Source: Tubulanus polymorphus
Taxonomy: Eukaryota > Animalia > Nemertea
DNA: 64,000 bases
Direction: 5' to 3'
Assembly: GCF_964204645.1 (NCBI RefSeq)
Contig: NC_134030.1
Location: forward strand, 15,438,110-15,502,109
The position numbers and the translations under genes are program-made. The notes under the pieces are model-generated. The model was not told where the DNA came from. It was given only the letters and a program-made list of their open reading frames with translations, and did no database searches. This document shows positions 36,135 through 54,226 of this stretch, in pieces. The stretch's first letter is position 1. Each line of letters opens with the position of its first letter.

Positions 36135-39000
36135 GCAGTATTGTTTGCTTATAGAGAGGTGCCTCAGGAAAGTACAGGATTCTCCCCGTTTGAATTAATA
36201 TATGGATTCAGAGTAAGAGGTCCAACCGCAGTTCTTAAAGAACTCTGGACGAAAGAGTTTCCAGATCCAGATGTGCAAACTGTGTACCAGTATGTATTAG
36301 ATCTTAAAGATCGGTTTGAATTTTCTGTTAAATTAGCACAAGAAAATTTAACAAGTGCTACTAAAAAACAAAAGAAGCAGTACGATCGTAAATCTAAACT
36401 GCGTAATCTGAAGGTTGGTGAAAGAGTTTTACTTTTACTACCAAGTAAGACAAATAAATTGCTTCTACAATGGAGGGGTCCATACTCTATTGTTGAGAAA
36501 GTTAATGATCTCGATTACAGAATTAGGATAGGAAAAAAAGTTAAAGTGTATCATATAAATATGCTAAAACTTTATGTCGAAAGGGAACCAAACTGTGGAT
36601 CAGTTGGAGTTGCAAATGTATCTGTTATTACATGCTCTACGTCAGAGGACGAAGTAAGTGATGACTTAATTGAATCCCTTTGTCCAACAGTTAAATCTAG
36701 TGAAACCCTAGATGATGTTAAGTTTGGTTCAGATCTGAGCCCTGACCAAGTGGTGTTAGCCAAACAAACTTTGACCGAGTTTACTGATATATTTACTGAT
36801 TTGCCTGGTAAGACTGATGTTGTTCAGCATAACATTGTTTTAACTACGGAAAAACCTATCCGTACCAAACAGTATCCTCTTCCATTTAAGTCGCAGGATA
36901 TATTGGAGAATGAGATCGTGAAAATGGAAAAGTTAGGTATTATAGAGGATTCATATTCTCCATATTGCTCTGCATTATTATTGGTAAAGAAACCTGATGG
37001 AACGAATAGGGGATGCATTGATTTCCGCCCTATTAATCGTGTCACAGTATTCGATGCCGAGCCCATGGGAGACCCGGAGTTGCTCTTCACGAACCTAGCT
37101 GGTGCGAAGTATTTAACTCAAATCGACTTGACTAAAGGATATTGGCAAGTACCATTACATCCTGATGCAAAAATATATACCGCTTTTGCAAGCAGCAAGG
37201 GTTTAAAACACTTCAAAATGATGCCTTTTGGGCTGGTCAACGCTGGGGCTACATTCAATCGATTAGTTCGGCAGGTCATCAGCGGTTTATCATGTGTAAG
37301 TAATTTTGTAGATAACATTATCGTCGCAACGAAAGAAACCTGGGAACATCATTTGTCCGTCATTGTAAGCCTATTTATTCGCCTGCGAAAAGCTGGTCTT
37401 ACAGCTAGACCTAGCAAGTGTGAGGTAGGGTTTTCTAAGTTACCATGTTTAGGATTTGTTGTAGGTCAAGGTTCGTTAGAACTTAATGCAGAGAAAGTGG
37501 AACCTGTTATTCGGGCACAACGCCCAGTAACGAAAAAACAGGTAAGATCGTTTATTGGAATGGTTTCATTTTACGCACGATTTATACCAGATTATGCTAT
37601 GATTGCCACACCTTTAACGAATCTTACACGTAAAGGTGAGCCAAATAAGGTGATTTGGGGCCCAGAAGAATATAAAGCATTTGAGACTCTTAAAAAAGCT
37701 CTTTGTTCAAGCCCCATACTTAAATTACCAGACTTTGAGAAAGTTTTCATTTTGCGCACCGATGCTTCTGATATAGCGCTTGGCGCAGTACTCTTACAGG
37801 AAAGTAATGAGGTCAAATTCCCTATCTGTTACGCCAGTAGGAAGTTAAAGCCCAGTGAAAAGAATTATGCTGTCATAGAAAAAGAGTGTCTGGCCATCAC
37901 ATGGGCAGTTAAGAAGTTTGAGCGATATCTATATCTATCTCAGTTTATTTTAGAAACTGATCACCAGCCACTTATTTACCTCAATCGTTCGAAAGTGAGC
38001 AATACACGACTTATGCGATGGGCACTAACTTTGCAACAATTTCAATTCACTGTTAGGGCTATTAAAGGTTCTGAAAATGTTGGAGCCGATTATCTCAGTA
38101 GAATATATAGTGCTGAGTAAAACTAGAAATATTAAACTATAATGAATATAGATTATTCAAATTCTGGGTGATATTATTGTTTAAAGTGTATATTGTGTTT
38201 TTCCTTTCTTGTTCTAATACAGACCATGGATTGAACATTGTGACAGGTTGAACATTGGTGGTGTATACAGTTTTATATTTTGATACACATGTATATTATG
38301 TTTATTGCTTATATTGCTTTAGGTCGTGGTATTAAAATTGTGGGACAATTTTCTTATTGCGGGGGCATGTGTCACGACCTTGCATTCATAACTTCATATA
38401 TTCATGCATTCTGCATGCATGCATAGCTTATAGCTAGCTGTGTGTTTGTTGGGATCGGCGCACCTTTCTCAATGTGACCATTCAACCCTAGCGGTCAATT
38501 CTATATAAGATTTGGTTTAAGCGCCGTTTCACTAGACACGACAAACCCGTCCAGCTGTTAGGACACCGTATTGGGTGTAGTATAGTAACACATGTATGCT
38601 GTTCACGGGTTTGTGAATTATATCCACTCAGATACGTCAAGTGAGTGCGTGTCTCGAAACCTCCCGTACTCAAGCTACGTCAGTTAGTGCGGTTAACGTC
38701 TGAGCGCCTGATATTTCAGTTACTAACGGACGGTCGTCAACATTCGCAATATCCTGGGAGACTCGTCATACGTTGATCAGTGTGCACCCATCAAGGTCAC
38801 GTCTCACTCGGATACCACCACGGCTCACTACTGGAGAAGTGTGATCAAACTCTAACTCTAACTCCATTCTAATTAACTGTAGAAGTTACGTTGGAATAAA
38901 TTTGTAATTCGTTTTGTTTTAATTTAAGAATTCTTGTCGTCCGTTGTTGATTCTCTGCTATCGGATATCCTATTGGGGTTTTCCACGGACCCTCGTTACA
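36135..39000 (+). mobile_element. Gmr1-like Gypsy retrotransposon 3' fragment (INT before RT-RH) with 3' LTR
   Basis: A single ORF carries the INT C-terminus (FAYREVPQESTGFSPFEL, WRGPY), then RT (FVDN, catalytic DD mutated), then RNase H (TDAS, EKECLA, TDH); G-rich PPT at ~38359-38365. Confidence 0.92.
38370..39000 (+). repeat. 3' LTR of the Gmr1-like element
   Basis: TGTCACGA...TCGTTACA termini, TATATAAG at ~38503, AATAAA at ~38895, directly after the PPT. Confidence 0.85.
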
Positions 39001-39199
39001 GTTACAATAATCTTCGTATCATATTACTGACCGCAATTTTCCTTCGTTGAACTCTGAACGTTTTGTATGGGGCTTTCACTCAGAAAAAGTCGCTCCTTAT
39101 GATGTCGCGGCGATGACTGATGATCTTCAACATCAAGGGAAAATATTCCTGCAATTTAAACGGACAATTTCAAATATCCACGAATCAAAATTAATAGCA

Positions 39200-39340
39200 A
39201 ACTCTGACGGAATATTATGACCAACACTGGTTTTTACTGTGGCATTGGGATTATTATATTTACATTATACCAGCAACAGTAAAAAGGTTTCAATATACTC
39301 GAGAAATCCCATAATAATTCAATTTACCCAAAAACAGAAA

Positions 39341-39375
<35 letters not shown>

Positions 39376-39521
39376 TCTATATCGAGTGTAGTGTCAAAAT
39401 ATTATCAAACCGAATCAAAGGTCCAACGATTTGGAACAATATACCACTTAACATAAAAAATGGCTCCTCTTTAAACTGTTTCAAAAGAAACGTTCAGCAT
39501 TTACTTGCTTTGTATTATTAA
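39200..39521 (+). pseudogene. 3' end fragment of a CR1/L2-like LINE containing a short (TA)n
   Basis: Translates to GPTIWNNIPLNIKNGSSLNCFKR, a typical ORF2 C-terminal tail motif. Confidence 0.55.
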
Positions 39522-42500
39522 GGTATTTTTCTAAAATTACCTCAGACTAATTTAATCATAAGAAATAATATTTCTACATGATCGTTTTATAATTTGTTTA
39601 GGAAATAAAATGATGATGAATGAAAGAATATACGAAGCAACCTGAAATATAGATGATAGCAAAACTCACCCGATATGTCAAAGACGTCCATTCTCCAGCG
39701 AAAATTCAATCAGCTATTAAAAATGTTCATGTATTCAATATTTCCCGCGAAATTTTGGTTCGTTCTCTCTGCGCATGTATTTTTCCGCCAACTCCGTTGG
39801 TTGGATAAACCTTAGGCAGTGCTGTCAACATTTTGATGGATAGAGGCAAATCGTTAGAAACAGTGTGCCTCACGAAATTACTAATATATATTTAGCTTAC
39901 ATACTGTAGTATATTCTTTATCCAATTGTATTACAATAATTCTTTAATAACAATGAACTCTTTTATAAAATGAAATGTAAGTTGCCATAACAAAATTGAA
40001 TAATGGAATATTAAATTCACGCGGATACAAGCTCCTGCCAAATGTTTTCGCGAGGCATCTTGAAATGATTGAATTCAAAATGTAGCCTCTGCGATGTGAC
40101 CGTAACGAACATGTATAAACAACCAGTCGAGTTTTAGTTAAAGTGAACATTATGGTTGTACGTATTTTATCACGTATGCTCTTCGATTCCCGCAACGATA
40201 ATAGAATTCTGTTTCATAGAATATATCACTCTCATCTTCTAAAATAGTCCTTTATATTACGGGGCACAATGAGTCAAATGGAGTATACGGCTATACGCAA
40301 TTTATATCAGTAATCTTTAAACTAATAATCCCTTATTACAAGCATGTTGCTTCTCTGGCACCTTAATCGATATTATAACTTCTATAACTTATTTATATAT
40401 CTATCTAACTATGTATCTAAAAAACTGAGTCATTTCAATGAAAATAAAGATTATTATCATTATTATTATTATCATCATCAATAATAAGTAGGGATTGTGA
40501 GTCCCCCAGCCCCTTCCACGAGCCTGGATACAGGGTTAATCTTTCAAGTGCTCCTACGCTTACAGAATCCCTTTGTACCAAAACTGCCAAATGAATTGCG
40601 AATGAAATTTTTATCAAGTTTACGTTGGCATTAAATGTATACAGCTAGCACTCGACATTCCTGACACTCGAACTCCTTAATTAGTTCTTCCTCGGTCAGT
40701 GTTGGCTAAAATGCAGGGACCATTTCACCCAGGATTTTTCAAAGCGTTCTACTAGTAGGGAACAAAAATGAGTAAAAATGGTACTCATCGGCAATCTTCA
40801 TATTATCTTAGGTGTGTCCCCTTACGATTCGTTCCTACGGCCTGGGTACCTAACACGATATAATACCAAGGATGCAAGTTCCGTATTGACCTTATCACGT
40901 ATGCGTTTTCGATGTAACGCGAGATGATTTTGACCAATCGACAGTTACATGTAAGCCCGGAGCTCAATGCTTTCTGGAATTAGTCCCCAGTTAAATGCGG
41001 TCGATTCTTGCTCAATAAAATACAAAATACCCAAATTTTTTTGGGAAATAGATATGTCATTAGATGTAACATCCATGCGACTTTCGGCTAATCTTGTTGG
41101 CAAGTTTATGCATAAAATCCAAACGAATTTGAAACAATATTCGACGTTTGAAATCGTTTTTTATCTGATTTCAGCCACAAAGCAATACTTCATTCAGCAG
41201 CTGGACCCGCTGAGTTAATCTAAACATCTTCTAATGTTCAACACTTGAAAAGGGCACTTTGTTCCAAAAAACGCGATCTAGGTGCTCTCCTGCAGTGAAA
41301 TGCACCATTTTTGTTATTAACAAAATGAAAAGGAGCACTCATGAATTGATCGACTAGTACAATCAATCTCACAAGTCCCACTGGGTCCGCCTCAGCCTGA
41401 AACAGTTTAAAATGTCTGACTTTAAACTCAGAATAATTCCACACTGAATTCACTCTGTCGATTCGACCCATTTTATTTTGATCTTGATGGGGACTGCTTA
41501 TGGCCATACCTGTGACTCATGGTTTGGGACATAGACAATTTTTGGTTTTTGTGCAGTACATTTTTACTGCCATTACGATACAATGATTGATTTTCTAAAC
41601 TCCTAATTCTAAATTAGAATTATGGACGATCACTTCAAGTTGATGTAAGTTTCATCACAGATTCTCAGTCTTTTTATTTCCCATTTTAGTCGGGGTCCAA
41701 CTATCGAGGGAGCAGACCGCGACCTAGTTTCGTCGAGGGTAGTAATTTTTGAAATTATAAAGGCAATCGCATTACGGGTAGAGAGTTATGTTTTAAAAAG
41801 GCACCATGCCTTAAATCACCTTTAGATAAAATACCGTATGATATGCCTAATAAGGCGATTTTAGTGTATTGGACACATTTTCAGTAAAAAGTGCATACGC
41901 AATTTCAATTCAAATCATTGCTCAATAAAGAAAATGTGTGCAGAGCAAAAACTAAACATTACAATAATTACAATAAAACATACAATATGGCTTGACATGA
42001 GTAAGTGAAAAATTTCAATCCCTTTTTGCTAAAAATGATCAATTTTTGGCACAGATTAACTTTTAAAATTTTTCAATTAAGTCCTATAATAAGTTCCTCA
42101 ATTCGGATAGGAATGGAGACTGTAAAAAAATGAAATTTGTTGCAAACTTTGATCTGCCTGTTTCGACAAATCCCCTTTCGGTTTTGACAAATTTATAAGA
42201 ATCGGCTATAGAAGAGATGGAGCACAACGTGTACCAGTCTTAAATATATTGGTATTTCAATTCAATGAGTAACGTGAAATAAAGCTTGGAACAATAATTT
42301 TTCATGCAGGCTAAGTATTCGCGCATAAGTAAATGGCTTTTTGAGCGAGTATGACGGTTCTGATATAATAGGCTACGACCCTGAAGGTTTCCATCTTATA
42401 CCCGTTTTCGTAGCTGAAGCAGATAAGGAGCATGGCTATCTAGAAGTCTTTTTTCAGGTTGTTGAAGCTTCTAATTCACTCTAATAAACCAGCAAAACTT

Positions 42501-45299
42501 GGCTTGTTATTCGGAAAAAGATATGGTATCAAGTTACTTATATATTCGTTACATATTCGTTACGCTTTTTGAAAACTTTCCTAGGAAAAAGACTATGTGT
42601 GATGCTAGTCCGTGTCTGATACGCTTCGACTGGTTTCTGTCACTCTGGCGACTGCGCGCTACGGTGTTCGAACGTCGCCGAACCACCAAATTCAATCAAA
42701 ATCTAAAGCCTATTTAATCAATACAGCCAAATAAATGCAAAATGTAAATTTGCTATCGAGATTGAAGGGCGATTTCATGTAATGATTGACGGTAAGATAA
42801 CACGTACGTATCTATGTTGTTTTGCTGCTTGCGATGATTAGTCCAATTTAAGTAATTTCTTGATTTATGAAAGACTAAATTACCCTAAAGAAAGGGAAGA
42901 TTCTCCCGACTGGACTTTATACATTGTTTTGCACCAGCAGGGCCGTCGCATGTCCCACTAATATTTATGCATGGATATAGAATATCAGTCCTAACAGGAA
43001 GAGAACATTCGAAACTGCGAACTATGAATTTGCCAAGGTGCTTTAGAAAGCGCTGAGAAATAACTCATTTATCGCGGTAAAAATGTCCCGTCACGAGATT
43101 TATGTACGATTCCCGCCGTGAAACGAACAAATTCTTAGTAATCTATTTGTAGGTGTTTTCGGTGTGTCAGCGTTTTTAGTTGCTTCGGCAATTTTCAAAT
43201 TCCCTTAGAAAAATACAACGTTAAAACGGCCTATTCTTAGTGATGCATTATTTATTTAATCAAAACATTTATTTGTACCTTGCACTTGTACTTTCTAGAT
43301 AATTAGTTTATTCTTCTCTTTAGTTACTTGGGAGCTGCTTAGAATACAGGAATAAAACAGCCCAACTGTTGAAACGATAAACAACCATAGACGTTCTTAT
43401 TTACGACAAGGTGTGCCTGGAGTGCGTTGCTTGCGTTGATAGATTCAAACTTGATACGTAATCATCGGTATTTCAACTATCAGAAAAAACAATTCTTATC
43501 AAGCCAGATTTTTCGAAATATCAGATCAACTAATGACTTATGTGCCATATTCTATTCGACGAAATAACTATTTGGATAACAACGAACAGGTTGCATTTAA
43601 AACACAAATTCGGAGATGAGACCGATCATTTTCCTTCCTATCGCACCCTATCGTAAATGAATACTTATTTTATTGCAAATGAATCTCGTGATTTTTTTTA
43701 ATTCGTCTGCTGTAAGACACGGTGAAATTCATGCATGTAATGTATCGTTTAACCCAAATATCTGTGAAACTGTTGCTTATTGATCACCTTGGTTCCTTTA
43801 GAAAGAACTAAATCTAAATTTCGAATGTACCGTTTACGTGGAATGGTATTGTATTACTTTTTCCGCCATCTGTTTAAACAGCATTTTGTCAGTTGAGAAG
43901 TCTTAGGATTAAATGACAGACAGTACACATAAAGTCACAAATCTGTAAATATCAACGTATTTCGAAACATAGAAACTGTTCAAACAATCATGAGGCGCAA
44001 TAACCATTCACGTATTTTATTTTTCAATTTGTGTGGACTGAGCTGGAACTTTTTTTAGCGAATTGTTTGTTTCCAATGAATTTTGAGTGATTTTTCAATC
44101 AAGTAATAAAATCAGCTGGTTTCGGTGTGCTTTCATCCAACTAACAAGACAAAAAGAAAAGAAATTCCAACCTTATTTCAAATTCAAAATTTAAATTTTA
44201 TTGCAAAATACAGATTTTAAATGAGTAGTTATAGCAATCGACGTGTAAAATATACATTTATATATACATGTTTGAAATTTTACCATTAACAATGAAAATG
44301 TAAAAATTCCCCATTAACATTCGCCCACTTCAACATCCCCGGCAGTTCGTTCAATTCAAATAGACCTTCCGATAATTAAATGTTACATGCTACAAAAGTT
44401 GGAGAAGATTTGAGACCACCACTATATTGAATAGGTTTCTATAAAAGCTGTTGTTTCACTGACAAATTCAAAAAGTGTTACTGTTTTGTTCTGCATGAAG
44501 TTTCAATACAATTGATGATAATGTTAATCATTAATAGTGTTAAAATATTGATAATGATATATAACAATTGTTTTTTTAAACTGTAATTAAGACTGAAAAA
44601 TCCTAGACAGTCAGGTCAGATTTCCTAACGCTTTTGAATACAATAATTTTTAGTCATGAAAGTTATACAGAAATACGATCATATAAACAATGACCCCAGA
44701 GCCGCGCTGGCGGGAATGAATATATGGTCGACTTTTTGTGAGATGTGTGTAAATGTATTGATATCTATCTTTTTCTTTCATATGTGTATTGATGGAGGTG
44801 CAGTGTTCTTTAATTGCGAATGCGCAGACTAGGAATCACTAAGCGCTCAGAAACCCAAGCTGTATTCATATACGCAGTACTGTTTAGTCTTTAAACACAC
44901 ATGAATTTTTCATCGCGTTCCCGCTTACCGCTCTTGAAACAATTTTGGCAAGATTCTGAAAAAACCCATTTTACTCATCTATTCGTGAAACTGCCGCTAA
45001 AAGGGTGCTGCTACTATTGCTGCTGCTGTTAAATGGACTTAGCTTGTCACTTACAATGCTTATGTTGATATCGTGCACTAAACCATTGAAACTAATTTTG
45101 TCAATGCAAATTTTTTTGTGGAAAATAAGATTATCTCATCTTATCATAAATCCATAAGATTCAATTTAGCCCAGGGGCAAGTATTAATCCTGCATAATTG
45201 TGGTGTAAACCCTACCGTAAAACACTACTTAAATCTTAATAAACAATAGCATGTTCCACATACAACGATCATCGGGATATGCATAGTGTAGAGGAATGT

Positions 45300-45765
45300 A
45301 GGTAAAAAAGTCCCGGAATATATGTCCCCGGAAAAAAATCCCATAAGGTAGAAAAAAATGTCTCAGTTTATCATTACTGATTCAGTACATTTTACATCAA
45401 AATAACCAGAGAACAAACTTGGTAATTATTGTGATAAATTGCACGTTAAGCATTAAAAAAAATTCATTGAGTGACCATGAGAATTGTAGGCCTAGAATTT
45501 TGGCATTAACTGATTTTGCCTATTGAGAACATGTGAACTCATTACATGATACGTCAAATCTATAGTACAAAAAAATTAAAGTAGAGCCATTAGTTGTAAT
45601 CAAAAGTTAAAATTGTAACTAAGAATGTATTACGAAGTTTGTTCTCTGGTGTTATTATGATGTGAAATTGACTACATTACCAATTTAGTGATGATAGACT
45701 GGGACATTTTTCCGGGGATATCTTTTCCCTGGGACATTTTTTTCCGGGGACATTTTAACCGTATA
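45300..45765. mobile_element. MITE-like inverted-repeat element
   Basis: ATGTCCCCGGAAAAAAA...ACCAGAGAACAAACTT is mirrored by AAGTTTGTTCTCTGGT...TTTTTTTCCGGGGACAT. Confidence 0.65.
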
Positions 45766-46119
45766 CCGGCGTAAGGATGATTACCTAAACGGGAATGTAG
45801 GCCCAAATCCCCCGTAAATCCCTGGATGGGGGATATTTACCGGGGGATTTTTACCTGTTACCGCTAATCCGGTAATACAATCTATATAAATGTCTTGCTT
45901 TTTCTCCCTATACCCCCAAGTTCAGTTTTCTATCAAATTTAAGTATGAAACCTGAATGAAATAGATACTGCTTTATACAGTAATATTTACGGGCTACTAG
46001 ACAGTGTAATAATGAGCAGTGAATTGATTAAATAGAAAAGTTCTACGTTTGAAAACGTCCGTGGTTTCCGCAGGTATTCTGCGAGTATATATAGATCAAA
46101 GTAAGATATCTCAGTGGAT

Positions 46120-49625
<3,506 letters not shown>

Positions 49626-51469
49626 TAAAAAGAAAGGAAAAAACTTGTGGTTTATAATGTTTGATAAATGTTGCAAGCATTCTAATTCAATACTGCTGAG
49701 TGTTTCATAAAAAGTAGATCCTCATAGAATGGCCCACAACCTCAGTTGAAGTCGATAAATGCAGCTAAATCTTATCAAGATTTCAGAGGGGTTTCTGGGC
49801 AGCCAGCCATCCACAAACAAAATAAATGATGCATGATGAACAAATTGGGAGAAACAGATTTTGTCTTAACTCGGTCGAGTTTCGACTTGCAAAGTGTTGA
49901 CCACAAACGGTTGGAACCAATACTGTATAATTGATTAATGTATTACAATGTTCATTCAATATAAATTGATAGTAACTTGGCTTGGATTTTCGCTGGTCAC
50001 TCAGATTTTAATTCCTCAGGATATAAATAACAGTGCAATCCCTTTTATTGGGAAAGCGTTTATGAAATAGAATGTGAATAATCAAGTTGCAAGAATTACG
50101 AAACTATTCAGCTCGTCGATTTAAGTTACAACTGCGAAAATTTGTTAGTTCTGATACGCTAAAGCGAGTGCGACGAGTTTAAATCGCATCGGTGGACAGT
50201 GTACAGCCTTCTTCTAAAATGTTTATATTTTGTTATTATGGACACTAAAGTGGATTGAGGAACTCATCCCGAAGCCAAAAAAAACCCATAACTGAACTAT
50301 TTTCTGATGACTTTTTGTTATGTTCTCTAAGTTCATAATGCAAAGTGCGCATCGATCTAATTAGGACTATATCTTGTTGATTACTTTTTCAATGACTCGT
50401 GCTCAGCCTCGCGCAAGTGTAAATTGGTTGATTTTCCAAACTCTGTTTCTCTCGAATGGTTTGTCACACTCCAATCACACCAATTTTTTCCTGTGGTAAG
50501 CTACACAACAACCCCTCGAATAGCTTCCTACGCTGCGCTCCTATGCCGACTTCCTTTTTTTATGAAACGCTCTGTAAAAAGTACAAAACGGCGAAACATT
50601 GTAACGGGTTACTGCGGTCTGGGTGCGCCTTGTATTAAGTTTTGTTATTTTCATGGAATGAAAGATATATACTGGCGTGTATATTTTAGTATTAATTTCT
50701 TGCCGATACGATATCAAATAGATTTCTAATTCTGGACCATTTAGCTTTGACGCTCTGCATGACGTCACTGAGCGCACGTATCAAAATAAGTCCTGCTGTG
50801 AGCATCAGCTGTGAGCACGCTCTGGGCATGCTTGAATATAGACCACTACTCCCGTTTCTTATTTCGACCAACTCAAAGTTAATTATGGAACCAACCAGGA
50901 CGGGTTCTTTGCTGGTGTATCATAAACTCTAAAAAAAGTATTTAAAAAATCCCATTCAATACGCAGTGAGTTTTTCCTAATGTATGCATATTATTCCTTC
51001 CAGGTCTTTTAGCAGAGCTTTATTAAGATGCATATATTGAATCATAGGACATTATGTACTTCCTGCAAACTAGAATTCTAAACGAACATAAGATATTATC
51101 AGTTAGGTTTTCTATAAGCCTACAGCACACCAAGGACCAATGAGCAAGAGATAATCATCGCACTATAGCAGAGAATGTTTATGTTTCCATCTGAGTTAGA
51201 CTAATCACAGAGGTGGAGCTGTCATGGCCAATTAAGTTGCTCACATTGCAAGTTCAGTTTCATCTAGAGTCCATAGTTTCTGCCTGTTTTCATTAACTTA
51301 TTCTTAATTATTGTAACCCATGGAGACCACACTGTTTCTTATGTTTGAACTTTGATATTTTTGATTCATTGCCGTGAATTTAACAAGGAACAAATTTTAG
51401 CACAATTGGTTTGTGGTATGCGACCTCATCAAGGCTATAAAAACCATCCGGAATACCCGAAAATGTTTA

Positions 51470-51910
51470 AAGCTAGGGACACACGAGCGTATTTTTTCGC
51501 CCGATCGCGACGATTAAATTCGCCAGCGAATTCGCCGACGAAATAATACGCCCGATACGAGCGGGCACACATAGCGATCAAACCGAAATTCGGTCAGCGA
51601 CTGGCACTAAGAGGGAGAGAGTTAACGAATCACATGGTATCAACAATGCATCCTATTGGTTGATAAAAATGGATCGCTCGGCGAAATTCGCTGAGTGCGG
51701 GCAGACGAACGAATTTGCGGGCGATCCGATCGCCGGCGTAAATAATCGGCCGAAAATATCAAACATGTTTGATAAGGTAGGGGCACACGAGCGTATTTTT
51801 TCGCCCGATCGCGGCGAATTTATAAATCGCCCGAAAAATTAGCTCGTGTGGCCACTCACGGCGACGACGATTTCGTCGGCCGACTCGATCGCCCGGCGAA
51901 TCGCCCGTAT
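51470..51910. mobile_element. Degenerate MITE-like element
   Basis: CACACGAGCGTATTTTTTCGCCCGATCGCG occurs twice, with an inverted GCTCGTGTG at ~51842; CpG-rich relative to flanks. Confidence 0.5.
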
Positions 51911-53058
51911 CAAACATGTTATATATATTATTATCTTTAACCGTTAAATTTTGAAATCAGTAAACTTCTGACAAGTTTTATCAGAGAGAGAAAGAGAGAC
52001 GTTTATGTTATGCGTTCGTTATTGCGTGGTCATTAGATTGAAAATACACATGTACCTTATAATACCAAACTCTCTAAGTTACTACGGAGTATTTCAATCG
52101 TTTTATTTTAGTGCTTAATAAGAGAGCGGAGGGGCCCATTTGGCACCCGTGTGAACGGATGGGGGCTTAATACAACGCTAGAGTGTACTAATCGAGTAAA
52201 CTAATATCATTTTCCATAGGGACAATTTTAGTGAAACATAACCCGTAGACTCAAATGCACGCATTAGAACGAAAACGCTTCATCTCGCATTTGGCAATAG
52301 ACGCGCTGCGATTTAGTTATTGAATAAAAACTGAGGAGGATAAATTCTATTTGGAAAGGGTTACAGTTCCTGATATGATTCTTTTTAAAAGTATCCTATT
52401 CTAGGAGAGTATAGTAGAAAATGATCACTATTTTTATATATCGTCGTCAAGCGGCATGGTTGCAAATTTGTGAAACAAATTTCTCAGGAATATTTTCAAC
52501 GAGAGATCCATGCGGTTAGAATGTTGTCAAAATCCATCAAAGGACAAGTGAAATAAATGTATGCACGCATAAAAAAAGAAAAAAGAGAAAAATGACCAAA
52601 CAATACGGGACGAAAGTATTCTAACAAAATCTAACGATCCATTAACTGGTGCGTATGTTGTCAACTTGAAATGCTGAGTAGGGAATCCGTTAGATATTTA
52701 CATTGATACTAATGTGTAAGGGACAATTTGACAATTTTACACTTGGCCTTTGGTTACATCGATATTTAAGTTTCACTTATTTCCCTCTTCCCACTAATTG
52801 CGTTATTTTGTCTATTGAGCCATATCCGTGACCAGGTAATATTCATTTTTTTGAAATTGTGAAAACATCCTTACTCCAACCGATGTTCAGGAGGTCAATA
52901 GTTAAGTAAACAACGACCTCAGTGACACCTGGCTGAATGGAATGCATAGGTTATCTTACATTACATTAGAACATATTGTATCAAATACATTTAGAAAGAA
53001 AAATATTATATCAAATACATTATTTAAATACACTTACCAGAAAGAGTTTTAAGCTGTT

Positions 53059-53290
53059 AGTAGTATGTGTTGTGGCACCCATGGTTGAGTGAACACGGTG
53101 GTGGCGGTGTGGTGGTGGTGTAATTGCCGTAATTAAGCCGTTAATCCCTCTGATAACAATGAACACAGCGGGTGGTGGTGTACCGTTAATCCTTAGCGGT
53201 GGCAATTAAGTTAATCCTTAGCGGTGGCAATTAAGTTAATCCTTAGTGGTGGCAATTAAGTTAATCCCTAGCGGTGGCAATTAAGTTAAT
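53059..53290 (+). repeat. Left TIR with four 25-bp subterminal repeats
   Basis: TAATCCTTAGCGGTGGCAATTAAGT x4; reverse complement at 62866-63096. Confidence 0.95.
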
Positions 53291-53431
53291 TATTTGAGGT
53301 TAGTGGTGGTGGTGGTGGTAATTAAGGAATTATTAATCCTGTGCGGTGGATTGGGTATATAGATGAGGGTCCTTTCCCACCGAAGTGTATAGCTCGAAAC
53401 GACAACAGAGACAACAACACATCACCGTAAA

Positions 53432-54226
53432 ATGGAAAACTCATTGATAATCGACGAAGCGTACAATACACCGGCGATGAAACGTTGTATGGAAGATTTA
53501 TCCAATGCCCCGGTGAAAAAGCTGAAATTCTCATATGGTAAGTGTTACGTTATTTCATTTTGCTTATTTGCTTAGCGATATTAAACTATGTCTCGACGAT
53601 GTATAATTTAAGTCGTACTTTTTTCTATTATAGGTTTATCTGAAAATTCCGATCGTGGTCCGGAAACCGGTGCAGAAGAATATTGCAGGAATATCGGTAT
53701 GATGGTGTACGCCACGTTAACGTCTTGGAACGATTGTAAGCGGATCGACATCCGAAAATTTACGTCCGCCGAGAAAGTAAAGAAGATAATTCCTACGAAA
53801 TCCGGTGTTTCGTTACACTACCAGGAATGGTTCCATCTAGAGTCGTGTTTCACGGACATCGAACACGAAATATCGCGGATAAAAAATGACAAGGCCCATA
53901 TTTTTGTCATGCATCTCGGGCGTGCAAACTTTCTAAAAATCTTTTCGCACCCCGTGACTCAGCGTATTTACGTCGACATACGGTGTCACATGGGTGATGA
54001 CGGCAAAAGAATACCGACGAAAAAGGGTGTTCGTTTGTCGCTGATACAGTGGAAGAACCTACGTACTCTCAACTTGCACGATATCGATCGTGATCTTTCG
54101 AAACTGAGACCGTGCTACTTTTACGACGATCATCACCAAGAACCTGGTTATAAGTGCATGTACTGCCCCGTTGATGATAAGCCTGTAAAAAACCAAGACA
54201 TGGAAGCGTTCCTCAGGTTATGGTAG
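53432..54226 (+). CDS. Tandem-PC4-like ssDNA-binding protein, two exons (intron 53538-53633)
   Basis: RIDIRKF...PTKSGVSL...W and YVDIR...PTKKGVRLSLIQW motifs; GTAAGT/TAG phase-1 intron joins an upstream ATG exon in frame. Confidence 0.85.

Noticed and set aside
40435-41000. Possible LINE 3' end on the minus strand with a (TAA)n tail
   Set aside because: Too degraded to show a diagnostic motif.
41000-45250. Short ORFs in the AT-rich interval
   Set aside because: No motifs or consistent exon structure; treated as intergenic or old repeat DNA.
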